From Gemmatimonadota bacterium (lineage in GTDB: Bacteria > Gemmatimonadota > Gemmatimonadetes > Gemmatimonadales > GWC2-71-9): a stretch of 64,000 nucleotides of DNA. Numbering within the stretch: the stretch's first letter is position 1; each line of letters starts with the position of its first letter. Made by a program: the position numbers and the translations under genes. The notes beneath the pieces were generated by a model. The model was not told where the DNA came from, ran no database searches, and saw only the letters and a list, made by a program, of their open reading frames with translations. Shown one piece after another: positions 1 to 8,637 of this stretch. The stretch spans positions 129,356-193,355 of the forward strand of contig JADJPD010000005.1 of NCBI GenBank assembly GCA_016713435.1, given 5' to 3'.

Positions 1-237
1 CACCTGCAGGAGGCCGTTGGCCGCCTCGTGGGCGGTGCCGTCGCCGCCCACCACGAGGCAGTGCGTGAGGCCCTGCCGCGCGAAGTCCCGGGCGATCGTC
101 ACGCCATCGCCGGGGCCGGCCGTCTCCCGCACCGCCACCTCGCCGAAGCAGGCGCGCGCGGCGGCCACGGCCTCGGCCGCGACGCGCGGGGCGCGCCCGT
201 GGCCGGCGGCGGGGTTCACGAGCAGGAGCGTAGGCAT
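1..237 (-). CDS. Diacylglycerol/lipid kinase family protein (YegS/BmrU-like); N-terminal 79 codons only, gene runs off the left edge
   Basis: Manual minus-strand translation from ATG at 235-237 gives MPTLLLVNPAAGHGRAPRV...LTHCLVVGGDGTAHEAANGLLQV, which contains the GGDGT motif of the DAGK catalytic domain. It is absent from the ORF track because the window edge truncates it. Confidence 0.6.
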   Translation of the reverse strand, partial: MPTLLLVNPAAGHGRAPRVAAEAVAAARACFGEVAVRETAGPGDGVTIARDFARQGLTHCLVVGGDGTAHEAANGLLQV

Positions 238-252
238 GGCTGGGGTGGTCAA

Positions 253-347
253 CGGGAGCGTGTGGGAATCGAACCCACCGGACCCCGCGGAGCGGCGTCC
301 GTCGCGATTTTGAAGATCGGCCCAGGCACCAGCCCGGATCCGCCCCC
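253..347 (-). tRNA. selC: Candidate selenocysteine tRNA (anticodon UCA), 95 nt
   Basis: Minus-strand sequence: GGGGGCGGATCCGGGCTGGTGCCTGGGCCGATCTTCAAAATCGCGACGGACGCCGCTCCGCGGGGTCCGGTGGGTTCGATTCCCACACGCTCCCG. Acceptor GGGGGCG pairs with CGCTCCC. The D stem is 6 bp (CCGGGC/GCCTGG) with a 4-nt loop TGGT. The anticodon loop is CTTCAAA. A long variable-arm hairpin is GGACGCCGC-TCC-GCGGGGTCC. The T arm is GTGGG-TTCGATT-CCCAC and the discriminator is G. The anticodon stem has only 4 clean base pairs. Confidence 0.55.
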
Positions 348-373
348 GCCCGGAAGATAGCGGGCGGCGTAGC

Positions 374-391
374 GGCCGGATATATCCGGCC
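374..391. repeat. Perfect 18-nt palindrome GGCCGGATATATCCGGCC between the ridA stop and the selC candidate
   Basis: Read directly from the sequence. It lies 45 nt downstream of the ridA stop on the minus strand and has no U-tract. It could be a terminator-like hairpin or a protein-binding site. Confidence 0.4.
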
Positions 392-435
392 CCTACGGGG
401 GTCGCGACGCACAGGACGTCGCTGTCCGCGCCGCG

Positions 436-816
436 TCAGAGCGTCGCGACCACCTCGATCTCGACGCGCACGCCCCGCGGCAGCCCGGAGACGGCCACCG
501 TGGAGCGCGCGGGCTTGTGGTCGCCGAAGTGCCGCGCGTAGATCTCGTTCATGGCGGTGAAGTCCTGCATGTCCACCAGGAAGACGGTGGTCTTCACCAC
601 CTTCTGCATGGAGCTGCCGGCGCCGGCGAGCACGGCCTCGAGGTTCTGCAGCACCCGCTCGGTCTGCTCGCGGATCCCGCCGCCCACGATCTCCATGGTG
701 GCGGGGTTGAGCGCGATCTGGCCGGCGGAATAGATGAACCCGTTGGCGATGATGGCCTGGGAGTACGGGCCGATCGCCTTGGGGGCGTGCTCGGTGGCGA
801 CGGTCTGGTGCGTCAT
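436..816 (-). CDS. ridA: RidA/YjgF/TdcF family reactive-intermediate deaminase
   Basis: ORF 436..1560(-) trimmed to the internal ATG at 814-816. The 126-aa product is MTHQTVATEHAPKAIGPYSQAIIANGFIYSAGQIALNP...RVEIEVVATL, typical of RidA. Confidence 0.9.
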   Translation of the reverse strand: MTHQTVATEHAPKAIGPYSQAIIANGFIYSAGQIALNPATMEIVGGGIREQTERVLQNLEAVLAGAGSSMQKVVKTTVFLVDMQDFTAMNEIYARHFGDHKPARSTVAVSGLPRGVRVEIEVVATL

Positions 817-830
817 TGCGGCTCGTCGGG

Positions 831-2503
831 TTAGAAGAGGCCTTCGATGCGGCCGTCCGGGTGGACCTTGATGGCCTCGGCGGACGGGGTCTTGGACAGC
901 CCCGGCATGGTCATGATCTCCCCGGCCAGCGCCACGACGAAGCCGGCGCCGGCGGAGGCGGTGACGTCCCGGATGTTGATCTTGAAGCCCTTCGGGCGCC
1001 CGAGCTTGGTCGGGTCGTCGCTGAAGGAGTACTGGGTCTTGGCCACGCAGACCGGGGTGGCCCCCATGCCCATCTCCTCGCACTGCGCGATGGACTTCTC
1101 CGCCGCCGGCGCGAAGGTGACGCCGTCGGCGCCGTAGATCTGGGTGGCGATGATCTCGATCTTCTGCTTGATGGGCAGGCTGGCGTCGTAGATCGGCTTG
1201 AAGTCCGCCTTCCCCTCGGCGAGCGCCGCCATGACCTGCTCGCCCACCGCGATGCCGCCGTCCCCGCCCTTGGCCCACACGTCGGAGAGCGCCGCGCGCG
1301 CGCCCCAGCTCCGGGCCGCCTCGATGACGCAGTTCTGCTCCTCGACGGTGTCGGAGAGGAAGCGGTTCATGGCCACGATGACCGGCACCCCGAACTTCTG
1401 CACGTTCTTGACGTGGGCCTCGAGGTTGACGAGGCCCCGCTGCAGCGCCGCCACGTCGGGGGTGCTGAGCATGTCCTTCTTGACGCCGCCGTGCATCTTG
1501 AGCGCGCGCACGGTGGCCACCACCACCGCGGCCTCCGGCTTGAGCCCGCCGAAGCGGCACTTGATGTCGAAGAACTTCTCCGCACCGAGGTCGGCGCCGA
1601 AGCCCGCCTCGGTGAGCACGATGTCGCCGAGGCCGAGCGCAAGACGCGTGGCCTGGATGCTGTTGCAGCCGTGGGCGATGTTGCCGAAGGGGCCGCCGTG
1701 CACCAGCGCGGGACCGCCCTCGAGGGTCTGCACCAGGTTCGGCAGCATGGCGTCCTTGAGGAGCAGCGTCATGGCGCCGCTGGCCTTGAGGTCGCTGGCG
1801 CGGACCGGCTTCCGGTCGCGGGTGAGGCCCACGATGATCCGCCCCAGCCGCGCCTCGAGGTCCGCCATGTCGGTGGCGAGGCAGAGGATGGCCATGATCT
1901 CGCTGCCCGGCACGATGACGAAGCGCTCCTCCCGGCTCGGGCCGCCGTTCAGCCCCCCGAGGCCGACGATGCAGCTCCGCAGCGCCCGGTCGTTCATGTC
2001 GATGGTGCGCGGCCAGGTGATGCGGCGGGTGTCGATGCCGAGCGCGTTGCCATGGTGGATGTGATTGTCGACCATGGCGGCCAGCAGGTTGTGCGCGCCG
2101 TGATGGCGTGGAAGTCGCCGGTGAAGTGCAGGTTGATCTCGTCCATCGGGACGATCTGCGCGTAGCCGCCGCCCGTCGCCCCGCCCTTCACGCCGAACAC
2201 CGGCCCGAGCGAGGGCTCGCGGATGGCCACCACCACCTTCTTCCCCATCTTGCGGAGCGCCTGGGCGAGGCCCACGGTCACCGTGCTCTTCCCCTCGCCG
2301 GCCGGCGTGGGGTTGATGCCGGAGACGAGCACCAGGCGGCCCTTGGGCGGCCGCTTGGCGGCCGCTTCCGGCGTGATCTTGGCCTTGTAGCGCCCGTAGG
2401 GCAGGATCTCGTCGGGCGTCAGGCCGATTTCGGCGGCCACGTCGGCGATGGGCCGCATCTTCGCGGCCTGGGCGATCTCGATATCCGAAGGGACGGTGCT
2501 CAT
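831..2503 (-). CDS. fhs: Formate--tetrahydrofolate ligase, interrupted by a 1-nt frame change near 2091-2101
   Basis: The N-terminus [19 protein letters not shown]...[18 protein letters not shown] is in the frame of ORF 1994..3331(-). The remainder [22 protein letters not shown]...[10 protein letters not shown] is in the frame of ORF 831..2690(-). The span is 1673 nt, which is 558 codons minus 1 nt. Confidence 0.9.
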
Positions 2504-2649
2504 GGCTGGCGTGCTTCCTCGTTCCGAGAGAAGGGCTGGAGGCTGCGTGGGCCGGCGGCACGGCTCTGGGCCAATCCCACCGGGACGGACAGTACGACGA
2601 CGAGCGTGAAGCGACGATGAGCGTCGGCGGTGACAGCGCGCCCCGGCCC

Positions 2650-3420
2650 TTACGGGGGCGTGAGCCGATCCCCGAACACCCGCCGGGCATTCTCGCCGGT
2701 GGCGGCGATGAGCTCGGCCGGCGCCATGCCCCGCACCGCCGCCACCCGCTCGGCGGTCTTCCGGACGTAGGCCGGCTCGTTCCGCTTGCCCCGGAACGGC
2801 ACCGGGGCCAGGTAGGGGCTGTCGGTCTCCACCAGGAGCCGGTCGAGGGGGACGGCCTGGATGGCGGCGTCCATCGTCCAGTTCTTGAAGGTCACCATGC
2901 CGCTGAAGGAGACATAGTGTCCGCCGTCGAGCCCCGCGCGCAAGAGGGCCGGGCCGCTGGAGAAGCTGTGCAGGATGACGGTGGCGCGGGGGTGGTTGCG
3001 GAGGATGGCGGCGATGTCGTCGTCCGCCTCCCGGGCGTGGATCACCACCGCCTTGCCGGCCGCCGTGGCCAGCTCGAGCTGCCGCTCGAAGACCCGCTGC
3101 TGCACGTCCCGCGGGGAGAAGTCGTAGTGGTAGTCGAGGCCCATCTCGCCGGCCGCCACCACCCGCGGGTCGCGGAGCGCCGCGGCCAGCCAGGCCTCGG
3201 TGTCGGCGGTCCAGTCCTTCGCCTCGTGGGGATGGAGCCCGGCGGTGCAGGAAATCCGGGCGTCCTTCCCGGTCAGGGCGAGGGCCCGCGCGTGGCTGGC
3301 GGGGCTCTCGCCGATCACCACGAGGTGGCACACGCCCTCGGCGAAGGCCCGCGCGATGACGGCGTCGACATCGTCCTGGAACGCGTCGGCGCCGAGGTGG
3401 CAGTGGGAATCGACCAGCAT
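2650..3420 (-). CDS. TatD family metal-dependent hydrolase/DNase
   Basis: ORF 2650..3420(-): [25 protein letters not shown]...GLHPHEA...[22 protein letters not shown], the TatD signature. Confidence 0.85.
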   Translation of the reverse strand: MLVDSHCHLGADAFQDDVDAVIARAFAEGVCHLVVIGESPASHARALALTGKDARISCTAGLHPHEAKDWTADTEAWLAAALRDPRVVAAGEMGLDYHYDFSPRDVQQRVFERQLELATAAGKAVVIHAREADDDIAAILRNHPRATVILHSFSSGPALLRAGLDGGHYVSFSGMVTFKNWTMDAAIQAVPLDRLLVETDSPYLAPVPFRGKRNEPAYVRKTAERVAAVRGMAPAELIAATGENARRVFGDRLTPP

Positions 3421-3469
3421 CGGGGCCTCGCGGCCGCGGGGGCCGGCGCTGGCCGGCCCCCGCAGGTGC

Positions 3470-4450
3470 CTACTTGGTGGCGACCGCCTCGCGCGGGTCG
3501 GCCGGGGTCCGGGGCGCGATGGTCTTGACGCCCCGGGCGTCGGCGCCGGGCCACTTGCGCTCGATCCACATGAGCACCGGGCTCGCGATGAAGATCGACG
3601 AGAAGGTGCCGGTGAAGACGCCGAAGAACATCACCAGCGCGAAGGGCCGGATCACCTCGCCGCCGAAGACGGCGAGCGCGGTGAGGGTGGCCAGCGTGGT
3701 GCCGTGGGTCAGGATGCTCCGCGGCAGCGTCTCGTTGATGGAGCGGTTGAGGATGTCCGCGAAGTGGTCCCGCTTGTACTTGTGCAGGTTCTCGCGGACC
3801 CGGTCGAAGATGATGATCGTGTCGTTGAGCGAGTAGCCCACCATCGAGAGCACCGCCGCCACCACCACGAGGCTCACCTCGAGCCGCATGATGGCGATGA
3901 AGCCGATGGTCAGGATGATGTCGTGCGCCGTGGCCGCCACGGCCGCGAGGCCGAAGCGCCACTCGAAGCGGTAGGCCAGGTAGGCCAGCACGGCGAAGAA
4001 GCTGTAGAAGATGGCGAGGAACGCCTTGCTCCGGAGCTCCCCACCGACCTTGGGCCCGACCGCCTCGGCCTTCTCGATGGTGTACTGGCCGGCCCCGGCC
4101 ACCTGGTCGAGCGCGGCGCCCACCGCCGAGGCCGTGGCCTGGGTGTTGTCGGCGTCGGTGCCCTCCTTGGCGGTGCGGGCGCGGACGATGTACTCGCCCG
4201 GCGCGCCGAAGCCCTGGATCTCGGCGCCCTTGATGCCCTGGGCGTCGAGCGCCGAGCGGAGGTTGCCTACGTTCAGGTCGGAGCCCGCCTTCACCTGCAC
4301 CGCGGTGCCGCCGGTGAACTCGATGCTGTAGTTGAGGCCCCAGGCGAGGAGCGCCACCAGGCTCAGCGCGAAGAGCGCCCCCGTCACGCCGTAGGCGACG
4401 CGGCGGAACCCGATGAAGTCGTAGCTGGCGTCAGCGAAGTAGCGTCGCAT
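3470..4450 (-). CDS. secF: Protein translocase subunit SecF
   Basis: ORF 3470..4891(-) trimmed to MRRYFADASYDFIGFRRV (ATG 4448-4450, overlapping the secD stop). The product has SecF motifs and transmembrane segments. Confidence 0.9.
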   Translation of the reverse strand: MRRYFADASYDFIGFRRVAYGVTGALFALSLVALLAWGLNYSIEFTGGTAVQVKAGSDLNVGNLRSALDAQGIKGAEIQGFGAPGEYIVRARTAKEGTDADNTQATASAVGAALDQVAGAGQYTIEKAEAVGPKVGGELRSKAFLAIFYSFFAVLAYLAYRFEWRFGLAAVAATAHDIILTIGFIAIMRLEVSLVVVAAVLSMVGYSLNDTIIIFDRVRENLHKYKRDHFADILNRSINETLPRSILTHGTTLATLTALAVFGGEVIRPFALVMFFGVFTGTFSSIFIASPVLMWIERKWPGADARGVKTIAPRTPADPREAVATK

Positions 4451-6078
4451 CAGATGCTCAGGGTCTGCATGGCCGGCTTCTTGTCCAGCCACAGCATGTA
4501 GAGGGTGCGCGTCACGAAGATGGCCGTGAACAGCGAGCAGAGGATGCCGAGGGAGAGCGTGACCGCGAAGCCCTTCACCGGCCCGGTGCCGAACTGGAAC
4601 AGGAACAGCGCCGTCATCACCGTCGTCACGTTGGAGTCGATGATGGCGTTCATCGCGTGCTTGAAGCCCTCGTCGATGGCCAGGCGCACCGTCTTGCCGA
4701 GCAGCAGCTCCTCGCGGATGCGCTCGAAGATCAGCACGTTGGCGTCCACCGCGATGCCCACCGACAGCACCAGGCCCGCGAGGCCCGGCAGCGTCAGCGT
4801 GGCGCCCACGAAGGAGAGCAGCGCGAAGGAGAGGACGATGTAGAGCGCGAGGCCGGCCACCGCCAGCGCGCCGCTCATCTGGTAGATCCACAGCATGATG
4901 GCGATGACCGCCGCGGTGCCGATCACGCCCGCGAGGATGCCGCCCTTGATGGAGTCCTGGCCGAGCGAGGCTCGCACCTGGCGCTCCTCGACGATCTTGA
5001 GCGGCACCGGGAGGGCGCCGGCGCGGAGCGTGAGGGCCAGGTCGCGCGCCTCGGTCACCGACTTGCCGGTGAGGGTGATCTGGCCGCGCCGGTCGATCCG
5101 CTCCTGGATGACGGGCGGGCGGCCCTGCACCCGGTCGTCGAGGATGATCGCCATGTAGTTGCCGACGTTCTTGCTGGTGCCGTCGCCGAAGGAGCGGGCG
5201 CCCTGGCGGTCCAGTTCGAAGGTGACGATCGGGCCGCTGGTGAGCGGGTCGATCCCCTCCTTGGCGTCCACCAGGTTAGAGCCGGTGACGAGCGGCCGGT
5301 CCTCGAGCACGTACAGCGCGCGGTAGCTCTTGGCGCCCACCGACTGCGGCGCGCTGGCCCAGCGGAACTCGTACTTCCGCGGGAAGAGCGCCCGGACGTC
5401 GGGGAGGTTGAGGAGGCTGTCGGCCCGCACGAAGGCCGTCTCCTCCACCAGGTACTCGCCGGGGAGCTCGCCGGGGGTGATGATGGCGGTGAGGGCGCCG
5501 CCCTCCACCGGGGCCGTCGAATCGGCCTTGGCGCCCGCCGAGTCGCCCTGGAGCAGCGAGGTCACGGCGTTGGGGGCCGCGGCGTCCCCGGCGGCGGCCT
5601 TGATGCCGAGCCGCTGCAGGGTGCGGTCCATGGCCGGCAGCGCCTTGTCGAGCGCCTGCGAGCGGTCGGTGATGCGGAACTCGAGGAAGGCGCTCCGCTG
5701 CACCACGCTCTTGGCGCGCGCCGGGTCGCTGATGCCGGCGAGCTCGACCACGATGCGGTCGTCGCCCTGCTTCTGGATCAGCGGCTCGGTGACGCCGAAC
5801 TCGTCGATGCGCTTGCGCAGCACGGTGAGGGCGAGGTCGAGGTCCTTCTTGGGATCGGCGGAGACGCGCTTCGACTGGTCGAGCTCGAGGCCCAGGTGCA
5901 TGCCGCCCTGGAGGTCGAGCCCGAACTTGATCGGGACGCGGCGCTCGACCTTGTCGACCATGACACCGTCGGGGCCGCGCTCGCGGATCTTCACGTTGCG
6001 CGGGATGAGCGCCCCGATGCCCGCCACGAGGACGAGCCCGATGACGATCAGGCGAGACTTGAGGGTAGTGACGACCAT
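4450..6078 (-). CDS. secD: Protein translocase subunit SecD
   Basis: ORF 4450..6078(-): MVVTTLKSRLIVIGLVLV...FGLDLQGGMHL...GKSVTEARDLALTLRAGALP, typical SecD. Confidence 0.9.
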   Translation of the reverse strand: MVVTTLKSRLIVIGLVLVAGIGALIPRNVKIRERGPDGVMVDKVERRVPIKFGLDLQGGMHLGLELDQSKRVSADPKKDLDLALTVLRKRIDEFGVTEPLIQKQGDDRIVVELAGISDPARAKSVVQRSAFLEFRITDRSQALDKALPAMDRTLQRLGIKAAAGDAAAPNAVTSLLQGDSAGAKADSTAPVEGGALTAIITPGELPGEYLVEETAFVRADSLLNLPDVRALFPRKYEFRWASAPQSVGAKSYRALYVLEDRPLVTGSNLVDAKEGIDPLTSGPIVTFELDRQGARSFGDGTSKNVGNYMAIILDDRVQGRPPVIQERIDRRGQITLTGKSVTEARDLALTLRAGALPVPLKIVEERQVRASLGQDSIKGGILAGVIGTAAVIAIMLWIYQMSGALAVAGLALYIVLSFALLSFVGATLTLPGLAGLVLSVGIAVDANVLIFERIREELLLGKTVRLAIDEGFKHAMNAIIDSNVTTVMTALFLFQFGTGPVKGFAVTLSLGILCSLFTAIFVTRTLYMLWLDKKPAMQTLSI

Positions 6079-6084
6079 GGCCTT

Positions 6085-7038
6085 CTAGGCGTGGGACGCG
6101 CGACTCTTGTCCATCGGGGGATCGTGGCGGGCCAGCGCGTCCTCCGCCCGGGCACGATCCTGCTTCAGTTGGTCCTGCAGGGCGGCGAGGGACGGGAACT
6201 TCTGCTGGTCCCGGATCCGCGCCACCCACTCCACCTTCACCCACTCGCCGTAGAGGTCCTCGTCCACGCCGAAGAGGTGCACTTCGAGGCTGCGGCGGCC
6301 GTCGCCGACCGTGGGCCGCGGCCCCTGGTTGAGCATCCCGCCCGCGCGCCCCCGGGCCCATTCCACCCGGGCCGCGTAGACGCCGTCCGGCGGGAGCAGC
6401 TTCCGCTCGGGAATGTCGCCGAGGTTGAGCGTCGGGACGCCGATGGTCCGGCCCCGGCCCTCCCCCCGCACCACCCGCCCGCTCACCGTGTAGGGCCGGC
6501 CCAGGAGCCCGGCCGCGGTGCGGAGGTCCCCGCCCGCCACCGCGCGGCGGATGGCGGTGCTCGACACCGCGTGCCCGCCGCTCTCCACCAGCCCCACCAC
6601 GTCCACCTGGAACCCGTCGGTGGCGCCGAGGCGCCGGAGCGTCTCCACGTCCCCGCTCCGGCCCCGCCCGAAGCCGTGATCGTGCCCGATCACGAGTTCC
6701 TTCATGCCGCACCGCCCGATCAGCACCTCGCGCACGAAGCGCTCGGGCGAGTACTGCGCCAGCGCCTTGTCGAAGCGCAGGAACACCACGTAATCGAGCC
6801 CCGTCTGCGCCAGCGCCTCGCGGCGCTCGGCCCCGCTCGTGAGCAGCAGCGGCGCGGCCTTGGGGTTCACCACCTCCAGCGGGTGGGGCTCGAACGTCAC
6901 CAGCACGCTCTTCCGGCCCGCCACCCGCGCCCGCTCCACGATTTCCCGCAGCACCGCCACGTGCCCGCGGTGCACCCCGTCGAAGGTGCCGACGGTCACC
7001 ACCGAGCCGGCCGGATCGGGCGGGAGGTAGTGGGTCAC
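6085..7038 (-). CDS. ribF: Bifunctional riboflavin kinase / FMN adenylyltransferase
   Basis: ORF 6085..7428(-) trimmed to a GTG at 7036-7038 that overlaps the truB stop (GTGA): VTHYLPPDPAGSVVTVGTFDGVHRGHVAVL...GRGRTIGVPTLNL. The product is 317 aa. Confidence 0.85.
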   Translation of the reverse strand: MTHYLPPDPAGSVVTVGTFDGVHRGHVAVLREIVERARVAGRKSVLVTFEPHPLEVVNPKAAPLLLTSGAERREALAQTGLDYVVFLRFDKALAQYSPERFVREVLIGRCGMKELVIGHDHGFGRGRSGDVETLRRLGATDGFQVDVVGLVESGGHAVSSTAIRRAVAGGDLRTAAGLLGRPYTVSGRVVRGEGRGRTIGVPTLNLGDIPERKLLPPDGVYAARVEWARGRAGGMLNQGPRPTVGDGRRSLEVHLFGVDEDLYGEWVKVEWVARIRDQQKFPSLAALQDQLKQDRARAEDALARHDPPMDKSRASHA

Positions 7039-7898
7039 GAGGCGGGCTCCAGCACCACCGACGGCGCCAGCCGTCCGTCGCGGTGCTCTGCGATGGCCAC
7101 CAGCCGTCCCTCGTGGACCAGCGCCACCGGGGCCCCACCCTCCGGCCCGCGGCCGGCGATGCCCTGCCCGTACCCCAGTGCCCGCGCCTCCGCCTCCGAG
7201 ACCGCCTCCTGCGCCAAGTGCCCGAGGACCGCGAGCGGCGGGAGCACCGGGGTGGCCGGGCCCAGCTCCGCCAGCGGCACCGCCTGCTCCACCCGGAGGC
7301 CGCCGATCGCCTCGCGCCGGAGGGCTGTCAGGTGGGCGCCGGTCTCCAGCCGCTCTCCGAGGTCCCGCGCCAGCGCCCGGAGGTACGCCCCGGGACTCAC
7401 CGTGGCCCGGAACACCAGCTCGGGCCACTGGTAGCGCACTACACTGAGCGACGACACCGTGATCTCGACCTCCGGCAGCGTCACGGTCTCGCCACGGCGC
7501 GCCTTCCGGTAGCTGCGCTCGCCGTCAACGTGCTTGGCGGAGTAGGCCGGCGGCCGCTGTCGCTGCCGGCCCAGGAACCGCGCCATCACCGCCCCGATCT
7601 CCGCATCCGCCGGGGCCGGCAGCTCCGGGTCCATGGAGCCCACCACCTCGCCCGTGGCGTCGTCCGTGGCGGTGACCACGCCGAGCCGCGCCGTGGCCAG
7701 GTAGGTCTTGGCCTGCTGCTCCACGAACCGCGCCAGCCGCGTGGCCCGCCCCACCAGCACCACCAGCAAGCCGGTGGCAAAAGGATCGAGCGTCCCGGTG
7801 TGGCCCACGGCGCGGGTCTTGAGCGCCTTCCGGACCCGGGCCACGACATCGTGGCTGGTCAGGCCAGCCGGCTTGTCGAGGAGGAGCGCGCCGGTCAG
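7035..7898 (-). CDS. truB: tRNA pseudouridine(55) synthase TruB; start codon uncertain (only a CTG is available)
   Basis: In ORF 7035..8432(-), homology begins at (V)LTGALLLDKPAGLTSHDVVARV...GHTGTLDPFATGLL. No ATG, GTG or TTG lies within about 60 nt upstream in any frame. The nearest candidate is CTG at 7896-7898. Confidence 0.8.
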   Translation of the reverse strand: MTGALLLDKPAGLTSHDVVARVRKALKTRAVGHTGTLDPFATGLLVVLVGRATRLARFVEQQAKTYLATARLGVVTATDDATGEVVGSMDPELPAPADAEIGAVMARFLGRQRQRPPAYSAKHVDGERSYRKARRGETVTLPEVEITVSSLSVVRYQWPELVFRATVSPGAYLRALARDLGERLETGAHLTALRREAIGGLRVEQAVPLAELGPATPVLPPLAVLGHLAQEAVSEAEARALGYGQGIAGRGPEGGAPVALVHEGRLVAIAEHRDGRLAPSVVLEPAS

Positions 7899-8305
7899 GA
7901 CGCGGGCTCCCCGGGGTTGCCCTCGGTGGCCTCGTCGCCGGCGGGCGCCTCCGGCTCGGGCGGGCGGAGCTCGCTCAGGATCTGGTTGATCCGCGCCGCG
8001 TGCTCCAGGCCCCGGTCCAGCTCGAACCGCAGCTCCGGGACGATCCGCGCCGTGAGCGCCCGCCCCACCCGCCCGCGGAGGAACCCCGCCGCGCTGCTGA
8101 GCCCCTCGAGTGCCTGGGCCCGCTCCTCCTCCGTGCCCATGACGCTCACCCGCACCGTGGCTACCGAGAGATCCGGCGTCACCAGCACGCCCGTCACCGT
8201 GGCGAAGCCGATCCGCGGGTCCCGCAGTTCCGTGAGCAGGAGGTCGGCGATCACCTGCCGGATCGTCTCCCCCACCTGGTCGGGCCGCCGCCTTGGGGCT
8301 CTCAT
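7895..8305 (-). CDS. rbfA: Ribosome-binding factor A
   Basis: ORF 7895..8440(-) trimmed to MRAPRRRPDQVGETIRQVIADLLLTELRDPRIGFATVTGV. The ATG at 8303-8305 overlaps the upstream stop. Confidence 0.85.
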   Translation of the reverse strand: MRAPRRRPDQVGETIRQVIADLLLTELRDPRIGFATVTGVLVTPDLSVATVRVSVMGTEEERAQALEGLSSAAGFLRGRVGRALTARIVPELRFELDRGLEHAARINQILSELRPPEPEAPAGDEATEGNPGEPAS

Positions 8306-8583
8306 CGTACCACCACCGCCGTATCCATGATCCGGACGCCCCCGGTTGCCTCGACGATCCGGTCCGCGGCCCGGAGGGTCTCCTCCGCCACGCGCCGGTC
8401 GCTGGCCACGGTGGCCACGGCGAGCTCGGCACGCTGCCACTTGTCCTGCTGGCCGGTCTCGCTCACCGCGAGGTTGAGCTTCCCGGTGAGCCGGGCCTTG
8501 AGGCCCTGCAGGATGGCCCGCTTCTCCTTGAGGCTGTGGCAGCCCTCGAGGTGAAGATCCCAGACCTGGGCCAATACAATCAT
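8302..8583 (-). CDS. DUF503 (YlxP-like) protein
   Basis: ORF 8302..8628(-) trimmed to the ATG at 8581-8583, which is preceded by GAGGA: MIVLAQVWDLHLEGCHSLKEKRAILQGLKARL. It sits between infB and rbfA, the usual position for ylxP. Confidence 0.7.
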   Translation of the reverse strand: MIVLAQVWDLHLEGCHSLKEKRAILQGLKARLTGKLNLAVSETGQQDKWQRAELAVATVASDRRVAEETLRAADRIVEATGGVRIMDTAVVVR

Positions 8584-8637
8584 GCCATCCTCATCGAAAG
8601 CGCGGCCCGAGGGCCGCGCCCACGACACTGCCCGACG

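Noticed and set aside
17-360. Plus-strand ORFs 17..313 and 28..360 at the left edge.
   Set aside because: They lie antisense to a lipid-kinase N-terminus with a GGDGT motif, they overlap the tRNA-like element, and their translations are low-complexity.
2504-2649. Possible ZTP (pfl) or THF riboswitch in the 146-nt leader upstream of fhs, a common riboswitch-regulated gene.
   Set aside because: I could not find the conserved cores (GGGUCGUGACUGGCG...CCGCCUGGGCA for ZTP, or the THF motif) on the minus strand. Only generic GC hairpins are present. A covariance-model scan (Rfam RF01750, RF01831) would be decisive.
4657-7434. Very long alternative-frame or antisense ORFs: 4657..7434(+) 925 aa, 8293..10767(+) 824 aa, 32788..35007(+) 739 aa, 44577..47012(+) 811 aa, 816..2165(+), 38831..40435 upstream extension, and many others in the track.
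   Set aside because: Their translations are Arg/Gly/Ala/Pro/His-rich low-complexity strings with no recognisable motifs. Each lies opposite or out of frame to a clearly conserved gene (secD/ribF, infB, groEL, mutL, fhs). Such shadow ORFs are expected in a genome this GC-rich because stop codons are rare.
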